Positions 36,005 to 47,990 of a stretch of 63,875 nucleotides of DNA are shown here, in pieces. The translations under genes were made by a program, and so were the position numbers. Location: assembly GCF_004010195.1 (NCBI RefSeq), contig NC_057750.1, positions 13,792,033 through 13,855,907 on the forward strand, written 5' to 3'. How positions within the stretch are numbered: the stretch's first letter is position 1; each line of letters starts with the position of its first letter. The notes under the pieces were generated by a model, which saw only the letters and a program-made list of their open reading frames with translations, searched no databases and was not told where the DNA came from. The stretch is from Chiloscyllium plagiosum. Taxonomy: Eukaryota.

Positions 36005-36850
36005 TCAAAGGATATGGTGGGATACAGATAGATGGCAGATGGAGTTTAATCCAGACAAACATAAAGTGATGCATTTTGGAAGATCAAATTCAGGTACAAA
36101 TTAGACACTAAATGGCAGAACCTTTGGGAGCATTGACGTACAGAGAGATCTGGGCGGACGGGTCTACAGATCCCTGAACGTAGCAGCACAGGTGGATAAG
36201 GTGGTCAGGAAGGCTTACAGGACTCTTGCCTTTATTGGCCGGGGCATTGAATTTTAAAGTTAGCAGGTTATGTTACAGCTGCATAAAACTTTGGTTAGGC
36301 CACTTTTGAAAATTTTGCTCACAGTTCTGGTTGCCACCCTACCCAGAAGGAGGTGGATGTTTTGGAGAGGGTGCAGAGAAGGTTTACCAGGATGCGGCCT
36401 GTTCTGGAGGGTTTCAGTTATGGGGAGAGGTTGGATAAAACCGGATTGTTTTCACTGGAAAGATGGAGGCTGAGGGGGGGGGGGGGTGTGGTGGGTGGGT
36501 GTTGGGGACTGGATAGAGGTCTACAAAATTTATGAGAGGCACAGATAGGGTGGATAGTCAGAGGCTGTTCCCAGGGTGGAAAGGTCAACTACAAGAGGGC
36601 ACAGGTTCGAGGGGAGAGGGGGAAATGTTCAGGGGAGAAATGCAGGGAAAATGTTTCACCCAGAGAGTGCTGGGCGCCCAGAATGTCCTGCCAGTGGAAG
36701 TGATGGAAGCAGGTACGTTAGCAACATTTAAGGCATATCTCGATAGACTCTATGATGAACAGAGGGATAGAAACTGCGTATATGGGTCCTAAAAGAACAG
36801 GCTTGATGGGTCGATGGGCATGCTCCCTGTATTGGATCATATTTCTGTGT
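36005..36850 (+). mobile_element. CR1 LINE 3' fragment
   Basis: ORFs 36353..36535 (LERVQRRFTRM) and 36532..36792 (DRVDSQRLFP..FTQRV). Confidence 0.9.
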
Positions 36851-37361
36851 TTAATCGGAGAGATCTCATCATTTTTCTCACTTTCTTTGAACCACGCTTT
36901 CCTGTGGCATTGCCATCTACTCAGGGCTGACCTGAAGGAAAATGGCAGAATGGGCAAATATCTGGCATTTGCCAGGTCAGATACCAATTTGGGAAGAGGG
37001 GTCATTTTGTCAGTTTTTCTATGTGGTAATGCTAGTAAGAAGGCACCCTGCTCTTGAAGGGCTAAACCACCTTGTCTTGGTTCCACACAAAGTCAAGCTG
37101 CCCATTGATTCGTAGAGCAAGAGAGCTGTACAGCAAGGAAACAGACCCTTGGTCCAACTTGTCCATGCCGACCAGATATCCAAAATTAATCTAATCCCAT
37201 TTGCCAGCATTTGACCTATATCCCTCTAAACCCTTCCTATTCATATACCCATCCAGATGCCTTTTAGATGTTGCAATTGTACCAGCCTCCACCACTTCCT
37301 CTGGCAGCTCATTCCATACACACACCACCCTCTGCATGAAATAGCTGCCCCTTAGGGCCCT

Positions 37362-37670
37362 GTTGTGGTTCTGTTCGCCGAGCTGGGAATTTGTGTTGCA
37401 GATGTTTCGTCCCCTGTCTGGGTGACATCCTCAGTGCTTGGGTGCTTCCTGCCACTGCAGCGGACAGCTGGAACTGACAACCGGAAGCGGCAGATACAAT
37501 CCACTATAAATGCTGAAGGAAAGATCACAGAAGCGCTTCACAGGAGGCTACCGAGCACTGAGGATGTCACCTAGACAGGGGACGAAACGTCTGCAACACA
37601 AATTCCCAGCTCGGCAAACAGAACCACAACAACGAGCACCCGAGCTACAAATCTTCTCACAAACTTTGAA
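37362..37670 (+). mobile_element. Penelope-like hairpin insertion, family C
   Basis: About 78-bp inverted arms (37361-37438 / 37554-37631), 39-nt tail, near-TSD CCTTAGGGCCCT 37350..37361 / CCTTAGGTCCCT 37671..37682. Confidence 0.9.
37555..37594 (+). ncRNA. Minimal type I hammerhead ribozyme motif (family C), best-formed copy
   Basis: GCA-CTGAGGA-T-GTCACCT AGAC AGGGGAC-GAAA-CGTC-TGC: stem I GCA/TGC, 6 of 7 bp stem II, ACGT palindrome, GUC triplet ending at 37591; second copy on the - strand at 37398..37437. Confidence 0.82.
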
Positions 37671-38088
37671 CCTTAGGTCCCTTTTAAATCTTTCCCCTCT
37701 CACCTTAAACCTATGCCCTCTAGTTGTGGGCTCCCCCACCCTGGGGAAAAGACCTTGGCTATTCACCCTATCCATGCCCCTCATGATTTTGTTAACCTCT
37801 ATAAGATCACCCTTCATCCTCTGACGCTCCAGAGAAACAGGATTTAAATGGACCAGGGAATCATTTTATTGAGATCACCCATCAGTGATGTCTTATGATT
37901 TTCAGGGATACTGGGTATTGGTGAAACCACATCTGGAGAGCAGTACTGTTCACCGTGCTTACAGAAGGATGGAACTGCTTTGGAAGAAGTTCAAAGACCA
38001 ATCCCTGGGATGGTCAGATTGTCTTTTGAGGAAGGGAAGGCTGGGCCTATATCCTCTGGGGTTTAGATGAAGCAGAGATGACTTAATT

Positions 38089-38392
38089 GGGCGGCACGGT
38101 GGCACAGTGGTCAGCACTGCAGCCTCACATCGCCAGAGACCTGGGTTCAATTCCCGCCCCGGGCAACTGTCTGTGTGGAGTTTGCACATTCTCCCCGTGT
38201 CTGCGTGGGTTTCCTCCGGGTGCTCCGGTTTCCTCCCACAGTCCAAAAATATGCAGGTTAGGGTGAATTGGCCGTGCTAAATTGCCCCTAGTGTTAGGTG
38301 AAGGGGTAAATGTAGGGGAACGGGTCTGGGTGGGTTGCTCTTTGGACTTGTTGGGCCGAAGGGCCTGTTTCCACACTGTAAGTAATCTCATC
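38089..38392 (+). mobile_element. Full-length HE1 SINE inside an old CR1 fragment
   Basis: Consensus head, V-domain and tail; TAATTG at 38084..38089 and 38393..38398. Confidence 0.93.
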
Positions 38393-39629
38393 TAATTGCA
38401 ACGGATAAGGTCCTGAGGGGAGTTGACCATGTGGTTGTGGAAAAGATGTTTCTGCTCATGAAAGAATCTAGAACTCTGGATCATTGTTTAAAAATCAGGG
38501 GGTGCCCTTATTGAAAACAGAGGTGGAGAAACATTCTAACATGGTGGATTAAAGGTAGCGTGGATCCTGCAGCTACTCCTGAGATTTCGGCTTATTTACT
38601 TCCAGATTTCTCACAGTTAAGTACATGAATAAACGTTTGGAAGGCTATGGGCCAAGCTCAGACAGCTGGGAGTGGTTTAATTTGGGATTACGGTCGGAAT
38701 GGACTGATTGAACTGAAGGGTCTATTTCTGTAAAACGTTATGCCTCTCTGACTATGTCTCATTTCTTTCTCTCAGAGGGTCTTTGGAATTCTCTTCCTCA
38801 AAAGGCGGTGGATGCAGAATCTTTAAATATCTTGAAAAATACCTTTTTACATTTTATAATTTACTAATACTTTTGAATATCTCGACAGATTCTTGGTGAC
38901 CAAGGGGATAAAAGATTATCGGGGGATGTGCAGTTGAGGTTAAGGTCAGGTCAGCCACAATCTTATTGAGCGAGGGAGCAGGTTCTAAGGGCTGATGGGA
39001 CTCCCCTTGTTCATCGTTCATCTCTGAGCAGCCCCTCTTTGGGGGCAGAATGGAATGGCTTTCGGTAAGATTATCACAGAGCACGTGAAATTGTCAGAAA
39101 CATCCTGAGCTTAGGTTCCCTCACCTAAGTTTGGAAAATGTTATCGAACACAAAAAGAACTGGAAGGCTTTGCATTTCCAGTCTGGAGCCATTTCGAAAT
39201 GAAGAATTCGACATTGTAGGTTGATCTCCTGGAATGGTTTTGATTTGCCTGAGGGGACCCGAGAGGAATTTTCCAGAGTGTTTGCTTTTTGTTTCCCTTT
39301 CCTGTGTTTTTCTGGTTGCCTTTTGGCTTCTGATGAAGGCTATGTGGAAGGTACGTTGGGAACAAGGTCAGGGCTCGATGAGAACAAGGTCCCCACAGGA
39401 TTGACAAACCAGCTGCCCCTCTCCTGCCTGCTTCAGTTTCACATCTTTGCAATATTACTTGACAAATTGCTACTGACATGAGTGACAACACAATAATTCT
39501 AAACAAAAATCGCCTGTTAGTGAAAAAGGTGAAGGAACGAGAGATTTCCCTTTCTGTAGCACCTGTCACGTTCTCGGATTGCTTTACCAGCCAATTAAGT
39601 GCCTTTGACTAGGCCTAGTAAATGTAGGA

Positions 39630-40080
39630 AGGATGATCCCGAGAACCAGGGGTCGGAGTCTAAGGATATGGAGTAGGACTGATGTGAGGAGAAATGTCTT
39701 CACTCAGAGAGTGGGGATCTTTTGGGATTCACTCCCACAGAAAGTGGTTGAGGCCAAAACACGGAATGTTTTCAAGTAGAAGTTAGATATAGTTGGATTA
39801 ATAAATTCTTAATCTTGCAAGGAATTAAGGGATACGGGGAGAGTGCGGGTAAGTGACGTTGAAATGCCCATCAGCCGTGATTGAATGGCAGAGTGAACTC
39901 GATGGGCCGAACGGCCTTACTTCCACTCCTATTTCTTATGGTCTTCTTTCTTATAGTTCTTTAAACTAAAGGGATCAAAGGGTTTGGGAGAAAGCAGGGA
40001 CAGGAGTTGGATAATCATTCATGATCATATTGAATAGCACAGCAGGCTTGAAGGGCCGAATGGCCTGCTCTCTATGTTTC
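39630..40080 (+). mobile_element. CR1 3' ends (one nested in another)
   Basis: GAGGAGAAATGTCTTCACTCAGAGAGTGG and two successive GGGCCGAA(C/T)GGCCT tails. Confidence 0.8.
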
Positions 40081-40109
40081 TACATTTTGAAGTCACTTCA
40101 AATGTTAGC

Positions 40110-40400
40110 ATTAGAATTAGAATTCCTACGGTTTGGAAACAGGCCCTTTGGCCCAACAAATCCACACCAACCCTCCAAAGAGTAACCCTATTCTATATTT
40201 GTCCCTGACTAATGCACCTAATATACACATCCCTATTGGGCAATTTAGCATGGCCAATTGACCTGACCTGGACATCTTTGGACTGTGGGAGAAAATCTGA
40301 GCACCCGATGGAAAACCACGCAGACATGGAGAGAATTTGCAAACTCCACGCAGACAGGCGCCTGAGGCTGGAATCGAACCTGGGTCCCTGGCGCTGTGAG
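40110..40400 (-). mobile_element. HE1 SINE
   Basis: (TTAGAA)n tail and diverged V-domain. Confidence 0.87.
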
Positions 40401-40949
40401 TCCTGTCCCAGTAGAGCATTTCTGCCTAGCGATCTCCCACAGTGAATAGATAATCTGTTTCAGTGACGTTGCCATGGAGAAGGTGATGGTGAGGCCTTCA
40501 TGAACTACTCCAGGAGCTTGGTGTAGGTTTTTAAAATTCATTCGCAGGATATAGGTGTCGCTGGCTGGGCCAACATTTATTTCCCATCCCTTGTTGGGCA
40601 GAGGGCAGTTGAGTGTCAACCACATTGCCATGAGCTTGGAGTCAAGTGTAGGCTAGCAGTTTCCTTCCCTAAAGGGCATTAGTGAGGTAGGTTTCCTCTG
40701 ACAATTAATTATTAGATTTAAATTCTACTGTCTACCATCTGCCATGTTGGGACTCGAACCCAAGTCCCCAGAACATCACCTTGGGGGTCTCTGAAGTAAC
40801 AGCCCAGTGCTAACACCACTAGGCCATCACCACCCCAACTAGTCTTTAGGGGGATAGTTCCTGGTCACTCTTACATCTTGTGACCCTCCCCCCCCCCACC
40901 CCGCCCTCGTGGTGAGGTTTTATTTGGTGAGGAAGGAAGATGTAATGGG

Positions 40950-41785
40950 GTTTTAGGGGCATTTAAACTGTTTTAATGACCTGGCAAGAAAATGGCAGGT
41001 GGAAGGTGGAAAATTGTGGGGTTATCCATTTTGGTAAGAGAGGTAGGTGTGCAGGGAATCTCTTAAACGGCGAGAGGTTGGAAACTGTGAATGTACAAAG
41101 GCAGCGAGATTTCCTGGTCAAAAAATCACTGAAGTCGAACCTGAAGGAACACAAGCTATGTGGACAACTAATAGAATGTTAGCCTTTATTGCAAGAGTGA
41201 AGGATGAGTGAGGTTGTGCTTATATTATATAGAAGCTTGGTTAGACCAAACCTAGAGTACTGTGCACAGTGTTGCTCTCCTTATTCTCAGGAGAGGTATT
41301 ATCACCATAAACGGAGTGCAGTGAAGGTTCACCAGATTGGTCTGGGATGGTGGGACTGTCCTGCGAAGAGAGATTGAGCAAATCTGTACTCTCTAGAGTT
41401 TCAAAGATTCAGCTCTGATCTCATTGAAAGCTACAAAATATTTAAATATTATAGACGGGGTGGATCAGAGTAAGATGTTTCCCTGTTGCGTGAGTCTAAA
41501 GCCAGGGAACACAGTTTAAAAATGAGGGACTCACCACTTAGGTCTGAGATGAGGAGATCTGTTTTTACTTAGAGGGTTGTGAAGATTTGGAATTCTGTAT
41601 CACGGAACGCTGTGGTAGCTCAGTTTTTGTGTATGTTTAAGGTGATGATTGATAGGTTTCTGATTACCAGTAATGTACAGGTTCTGGGGATAGGGGTGAG
41701 TAAACGGTATTCAATCTGCTATGACTATATTGAATGCTGGGGCATGTTGAATGGGCTGAATGGCCTATTCCTGTTCCTATGTTTC
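40950..41785 (+). mobile_element. Old CR1 LINE 3' fragment
   Basis: ORF 40976..41182 CGVIHFGK..LNGERL; ORF 41579..41788 IWNS..FKVMIDRFL. Confidence 0.85.
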
Positions 41786-42016
41786 TAAGCAATTATCTCC
41801 CATAACATGACAGAAGGACATGGCTCTCATGGTATTGAAGATTGCGACAGTTATTATAGCTAACTGTCATGTACAGACATTACATTGCTCAGGCACATAA
41901 GCGTCTGGGTTGCATTAAGCTATTTTTTGACACAGAGCTGTATGCTTTAAGTAGAGTGTCATGCTTTAAGTAAGATGGAGCAAGAGACCTTTATATCCTT
42001 GGGTCACATGCTGTAT

Positions 42017-42242
42017 GGCTGAAAATGTGTTGCTGGAAAAGCGCAGCATGTCAGGCTGCATCCAAGGAACAGGAGAATCCACGTTCCAGGCATAAGCCCT
42101 TCTTCAGGAAGCCCTTCCTGAAGAAGGGCTCATGCCCGAAACGTCGATTCTCCTGTTCCTTGGATGCTGCCTGACCTGCTGCGCTTTTCCAGCAACACAT
42201 TTTCAGCTCTGATCTCCAGCATCTGCAGCCCTCACTTTCCCC
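42017..42242 (+). mobile_element. Penelope-like hairpin insertion, family A, with intact hammerhead core at 42118..42145
   Basis: Perfect 13-bp TSD TCACATGCTGTAT 42004..42016 / 42243..42255; about 92-bp arms; CTGAAGAAGGGCTCATGCCCGAAACGTC. Confidence 0.95.
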
Positions 42243-42682
42243 TCACATGCTGTATAGCCATGATATGATGTTATGAGCGTATTTCTTAAAGGTATACTGA
42301 CATGTTTACTCTGAGAGTTAACACAGCAGGCACTTTTTGTGTGCACAAGATAACTGTCATACCTCCTGTACTACAACAGTGACTGTACTGCAAAAACATT
42401 TTAATTGGCTCTAATGACATCCTGAGGCCATGGAAGTCTGCTTTTATGGATTAATGTCCCCACACCCACCCTTACGTTTTCAGTGATGATGAAAGAACTT
42501 GATGCTGTGCAGTTTAGAGAGAAATTGGTCGGATCTGGTGTCCCAGTACCTGCTGCCCTTATTCATTTTTGGAATGGTTGTTAATTATACAGTAACTGTA
42601 TTTAATTGTATGGCATCAACTGGGGATCCACTTGAGCACTTATAAACAGATAGAAGGCTAAATTTGTGGCTGTCAATTTAGG

Positions 42683-43340
42683 AGGTGTGCGCTCCTTGAA
42701 AATGGAATCGCAGGTAGATAGGATAGTGAAGAAGGCGTTTGGTATACTTTCCTTTATTGGTCAGGATATAGAGTACAGGAGTTGGGAGGCCATGTTGTGG
42801 CTGTACGGGACATTGGTTAGGCCACTGTTGGAATATTGCGTGCAATTCTGGTCTCCTTCCTATCGGAAAGGTGTTGCGAAATTTGATAGGGTTCAGAAAA
42901 GATTCAAAAGATGTTGCCAGGGTTGGAGGGTTTGAGCTACAGGGAGAGGCTGAACAGGCTGGGGCTGTTTTCCCTGGAGCGTCGGAGGCTGAGGGGTGAC
43001 CTTATAGAGGTTTACAAAATTGAGGGGCATGGATAGGGTAAATAGGCAAAGTCTTTTCCCTGGGGTGGGGGAGTCGCGAACTGGAGGGCATAGGTTTAGG
43101 GTGAGAGGAGAAAGATATAAAAGAGGCCTAAGGGGCAATTTTTTCACGTAGAGGAAGTGGTGGAAGCTGGTACAATTGTAGCATTTAAAAGGCATTTGGA
43201 TGGGAATATGAATAGGAAGGGTTTAGAGGGATATGGGCCAGGTGCTGGCAGATGGGACTAGATTGGGTTGGGATATCGGGTCGGCATGGACAAGTTGGAC
43301 TGAACGGTCTGTTTCCGTGCTATACATCGCTATGACTCTA
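42683..43340 (+). mobile_element. HER1/CR1 LINE 3' fragment
   Basis: ORF 42666..42935 QVDRIVKKAFG.L.FI..IEYRSW..LVRPLLEYCVQFWSP. Confidence 0.93.
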
Positions 43341-43885
43341 TATTTAAAGATTGGCTCCAGTTCTATCCTTCAGCAATTGGAATGGTAGAGGCCACGTGTT
43401 GAATAAACCTTGGTAAGATTATCTGATGCATCTTATTTTGTAAACACTCTAGCCACATTGCGTCTGTGTTGGATTGTTTGAGTTTTGGAAGGGTTACTGA
43501 TCAAACAAGCTGCTTTGCCCTCATTCTAATCATCTAGGCAAGTGAGTATTCCATCACACTCCTGACTCACTGTTCAGCTCAACTCACTGCCTGTAAGGAT
43601 GATAGAGGCAGAAGGTTTAAGAAGCATTCATTTATACACTTGTGATGCCAAGGCATACAAATGGGTCAAGTGCTGGAAAATGAGATTAACGTAGCTGAGT
43701 GCTTGGATTCGATGGACCGAAGGGCCATTTTTTGCACTGGCGATCCTCATAACTTATGCTTTGTAAATGGTGGATAGGCTATGGGTGGTCAGGAGGTGAG
43801 TCGCTGGCTGGCAAACTCCCACCCTTTGAGCTGGTTGCAATATCTGTATATCTGGCCCCAGTCATTTCCTGCTTCATAGTGAGGT

Positions 43886-44110
43886 AGGAGAAAGTGAGGA
43901 CTGCAGATGCTGGAGATCAGAGCCAAAAAATGTGGTGCTGGAAAAGCACAGCCAGTCAGGCAGCATTCGAGGAGCTGGAGTATCGATGTTCCGAGCATAA
44001 GCTGTTCAGGTGGGGATGTGGGAATGAAGGGCTTATGCTTGATACGTTGACTCTCCCGCACCTCGGATGATCCCTGACCGGCTGGGCTTTTCCGCACCAC
44101 ACTTTTTGAC
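43886..44110 (-). mobile_element. Penelope-like hairpin insertion, family A (older)
   Basis: AGGAGAAAGTGAGGACTGCAGATGCTGG terminus and inverted arm; CCTGCTTCAT at 43868 and 44111. Confidence 0.85.
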
Positions 44111-44118
44111 CCTGCTTC

Positions 44119-44545
44119 ATGAGTAGGTTAGGATTGTTTTCATTAGAAAAAAGGAGATTGAGGGGAGACCTGATTGAGGTCTACAAAATCATTAAGGGTA
44201 TAGACAGGTTAGATGGAGATAAGCTTTTTCCCAGGTTGAGGGATTCAAGAAAGAGAGGTCATGCTTTCAAGGTGTGGGGTGGAAAGTTTAAGGGGGATAC
44301 ACGCGGCAAGTGCTTTACACAGAGGGTGGTAGGTGCCTGGAACATGTTGCCAGCAGAGGTTGGAGAGGCAGATACGGGAGATTCATTTAAGATGCGTCTG
44401 GACAGATGCCTGAGTAGGTGGGGAGCAGAGGGATACAGATGCATAGGAATCGGGTGACAGGTTTAGACAGGGGATTTGGATCGGCTCAGGCTTGGAGGGC
44501 CGAAGGGCCTGTTCCTGGGCTGTTAAATTTTCTTTGTTCTTTGCT
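44119..44545 (+). mobile_element. Young 5'-truncated CR1 insertion with (TTCTTTG)n tail
   Basis: Uninterrupted ORF 44119..44457 RLGLFSLEKRRLRGDLIEVYKIIKGIDRLDGDKLFP..FTQRVVGAWNMLP. Confidence 0.93.
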
Positions 44546-44921
44546 TCTTGTTTTTTTATCCAGAGGAATGTCAGTGGGAGATGATCCTGACTCTCTCTTA
44601 TTGGAGAAAGTCATTGCTGGGTATTGATGGGGCATGACTGTCTCTGGCCTAAAGCTAGACTGATGCATTAGAACGTGGTCTTGCTTCAGTATCTGAGGGG
44701 TCAGGAATGGTACTCAACATTGTACAATCATTGACAAATATCCCCAATTCTGGCTTTATGATGAAGGGAAAATCATTGATGATGTAGCTGAAGCTGACTT
44801 CAGATGGTTACACATAAACAGACTGTGATTTGCAATAGGTGACCTGTTACACCATCGAGTAAAAACGTAGCAATGCGCATCCCTGTCCTTGAGAGGAACG
44901 GTTTAAAAATACAAGTAACAG

Positions 44922-45058
44922 ATGATTTGGAGGTGCTGGTGTTGGACTGGGGTGTACAAAGTTAAAAATCACACCATACCAGGAGGAGCGGAGCTCCGAA
45001 AGCTGGTGCTTCCAATTACATCCGTTGGACTATAACCTGGTGTTGTGTGATTTTTAAC
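44922..45058 (-). mobile_element. Penelope-like hairpin insertion, family B
   Basis: Reverse-complemented tail ATGATTTGGAG..GGGGTGTACAAAG, then inverted arms GTTAAAAATCAC / GTGATTTTTAAC. Confidence 0.85.
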
Positions 45059-45484
45059 CAGGTAAGAGACGGCCTTGCTGTCCACAGAAGTAGCTAGCAT
45101 AGAAATGTCAGGCTGAATGGCTCCCTTTTTGTTCCCAGTCACTTTATAGAAATTCAGTGTGTTTTCAGTGTCACTGGCTCACAGTATCTATTCAAAAAGA
45201 TGACACTTCCAAAAAGATATCTGACCATTTGATTCACTGGTGTTTCATTAGGTCTCTGTAGCTCAGTCGATTCTGTAATCATCTGATTGCTTATGTGAGA
45301 ACTGTTGCAAGCCTGCAAGGGTTAACTGATATCACGCGATAAGCTCCACCCATCCAGATATAAAGGTCTGTTCCTGGGAGGAGCTAAGCAGTGAGAGTAT
45401 CAGGCCTAACCAGTTCTGTGTTTGGTATCAAGTAGTTGTCAGAACGTTCAGTAACAGTAACACGTGCTTCCTCCTAAGTTGAGT

Positions 45485-46210
45485 TTAGAATCAAAGCGAT
45501 GTACAGCACGGAAACAGACCCTTCGGTCCAACTGACCAGATATCCTAAACTCATCTAGTTCCATTTGCCAGCACTGAGCCCATATCCCTCTCAACCCTTC
45601 CTATTCATATACCCATCCAGATGCCTTTTAAATGTTGGAAGTCACATGACACCAGGTTATTGTCCAACTGCCTTATTTGAAATCACAAGCTTTCAGAGTG
45701 CTGCTCCTTCATTAGATGTTGTAATTGTACCACCTAGTCTGGTATCTCATTCCACACCCTCTGTGTGAAAAAGTTACCCCTTAGGTCCCTTTCCAATCTT
45801 TCCCCTCTCACCCTAAACCTATGCCCTCTAGTTTTGGCCTCCACCAACCCGGGGAAAATACCTTGTCTATTTACCCTATCCACGCCCCTCATGATTTTAT
45901 AAACTTCTATAAGGTCACCCCTCAGCCTCCCGCTCCAGGGAAAACAGCCCCAGCTTGTTCAGTATCTCCCTATAGCTCAAACCCTCCAATCCTGGCAACA
46001 TCCTTGGAAATCGTTTCTGAACCCTTTCAAGTTTCCTATAGCAAGGAGACCAGAATTGTATGCAGTATTCCAAAAGTGGTCTAACCAATGTCCCGTACAG
46101 CCGCAACATGACCTCCGAACTCCTATACTCCATGCACGACTGATGAAGGCAAACGTACCAAAATGCCTTCTTCATTGCCCTGCCTACCTGCGACTCTACT
46201 TTCAATGAAC
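45485..46210 (-). mobile_element. HER1/CR1 LINE 3' fragment with a family B-like PLE arm at about 45638-45715
   Basis: ORF 45915..46223(-) LVRPLLEYCIQFWSPCYRKLERVQKRF. Confidence 0.9.
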
Positions 46211-46959
46211 TTGGTAAACTCATAAAAAGCTGTCATGTATCTGAGATGTAATTTGAGTAGGGATTATATATAATGTGATGCGTCTTCACTGTTTATCAAG
46301 ATCCACGCTTAACTTTCCTCATGTTTATTGTTGCCCTATCAGGGGCAGTGACTTGCTATTTTAATTGGTGATTTGGTGACAGTTTATTTATATATTTTTA
46401 AAAAAAATCATGTTTCAGTCGATCTTCTGTTGAATGCTTAATCCTTCCTGTCATGGTCTCAGTAATTTTACCTGTTAGCAACACAAAGGGTTGATGGCCG
46501 TTGAATCCATCGACGCCATCTTGGGCTCTTCCAACATATGTGACCATATCCAGAGTGACAGGTGAATTAACTCATCACTGTTTGGATTGGGCACTGTGGT
46601 TGGTGACTCTCCTGTAGGTTTGATCATGTGACCTCCCTCTTTTCAACTGCCCCACACACCCCCTTCCATTGGTCACCTCACATACCAGTCCTTGCAGAGC
46701 TCCCATTGAATTGGAAGATGGTGGGGGGCTCCCAATCTGATTAATTGACTGAATGGCCAGGCACCATCCATTCATCGTCCTACCTCCAATGTTTCATAAT
46801 TGGAGAAAGAAGCTGAAAGACGATGATCAAAAACAGGATTATTTTCTCCTCAGTTGTGTTGCAGTGATTTAGACATTAACCTTTTGATCTTGAAGACTTT
46901 AGAGCCATTCTGGATGGTTACGTCTCAGTATCACCCACATTGTGGTATCAGCAGCTGAG

Positions 46960-47705
46960 CTAGCAGGAATGATGTATGAAAAGGGACTGGATTGGTTGGG
47001 ACAATATTCACTGGAGAGTAAAAGATTGAGGAGGGAGTCTCATACAAACTTATAAAATTATAACAGAACAAACGCAACAAGGATGTCCATAGAATCCCTA
47101 CAGTATGGAAACAGGCCCAAACTGATCCCCCAAAGCGCAGCCCACCCAGAACCATTCCCCTATCCTACATTTACCCCTGACTAATGCACCCAACCTACAC
47201 ATCCTTGGTCACTATGGGCAATTTTAGCATGGCCAATACACCCTAAACTGCACAGCTTTGGATTGTGGGAGGAAACCCACACAGACAGTCACCCGAGCGT
47301 GGGATCGAACCCAGGTCCCTGGTGCTGTGAGGCAGCAGTGCTAACCACCGTGTCAGCCAATGCCACCCTGGTCATGTTCCCAATCACCAGGAAGCCCAGA
47401 ACCAGGAGTCACAGTTTAAAGATATGGGGTCAACCATTTAGGACTGAGATGAAGGGAAATGTCTTCACCCAGAGAATGAGAAGGCTGTGCAATTGTTTGC
47501 CACAGAAAGCAGCTCAGGCCAAACCATTGAATGTTTTCAAGAGCAAGTTAGACAGAGTTCTGAGCTCTAAAGGGGTAAGATAGTATGGGGAGAAAACGAG
47601 AACAGAGTACAGAGTTGGATGATCAGCCATGATCATATTGAATGGTAAAGCAAGCTACTAAGGGCCGAATGGCCTACTCCAGCTCATATTATCGATGATT
47701 CTATG
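46960..47705 (+). mobile_element. CR1 3' fragment with nested HE1 SINE (47088-47370, -)
   Basis: ORF 47263..47583 RTRSHSLKI.GQPFRTEMKGNVFTQR; SINE head and tail recognisable. Confidence 0.85.
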
Positions 47706-47772
47706 ATTATTTTTAGTGCTAATGAAAGGAAGTGAAGATAATTGATTACTTTCCACTTGAGCAATGTCATTC

Positions 47773-47990
47773 TGTAGTGACAGTAACAACGTCAGCCAAG
47801 TGAACATTATAGATTAGGAGTTCCCTAATTGGGGCTGTTCAATTAGGGAGCTCCGGCTGACAGATATAACCAGGAGCGTCAGAGGTCTGTTCACTCTGAG
47901 GGCTGGCTCTGAGGGAACTGGGTCATGTATTACCTGTAAATAAAAAGTGACTTGGTGAAGGGAGACCGGCCTCAGTGGAGTCATTTTGCA
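47773..47990 (+). mobile_element. Solo LTR
   Basis: TG...CA ends, TATA-like GATATAA, AATAAA; homologous to 19042-19265 and 4781-4881. Confidence 0.7.

Larger units (their letters stand above)
37110..37835 (-). mobile_element. HER1/CR1 LINE 3' fragment interrupted by a PLE insertion
   Basis: ORF 37548..37817(-) starts KGDLIEVNKIMRGMDRVNSQGLFPRVGEPTTRGHRFKVRGERFKRDLR. Confidence 0.9.

Noticed and set aside
42017..42242. Hairpins as DNA-transposon MITEs or pre-miRNAs
   Set aside because: Asymmetric tail, variable 10-17 bp TSDs, hammerhead core and link to GIY-YIG fit Penelope-like retroelements better
45290..45480. Possible old LTR sharing GCCTG(C/A)AAGGGTTAAC with the - strand near 25742
   Set aside because: Only a 16-nt match seen, and ends and TSD could not be defined
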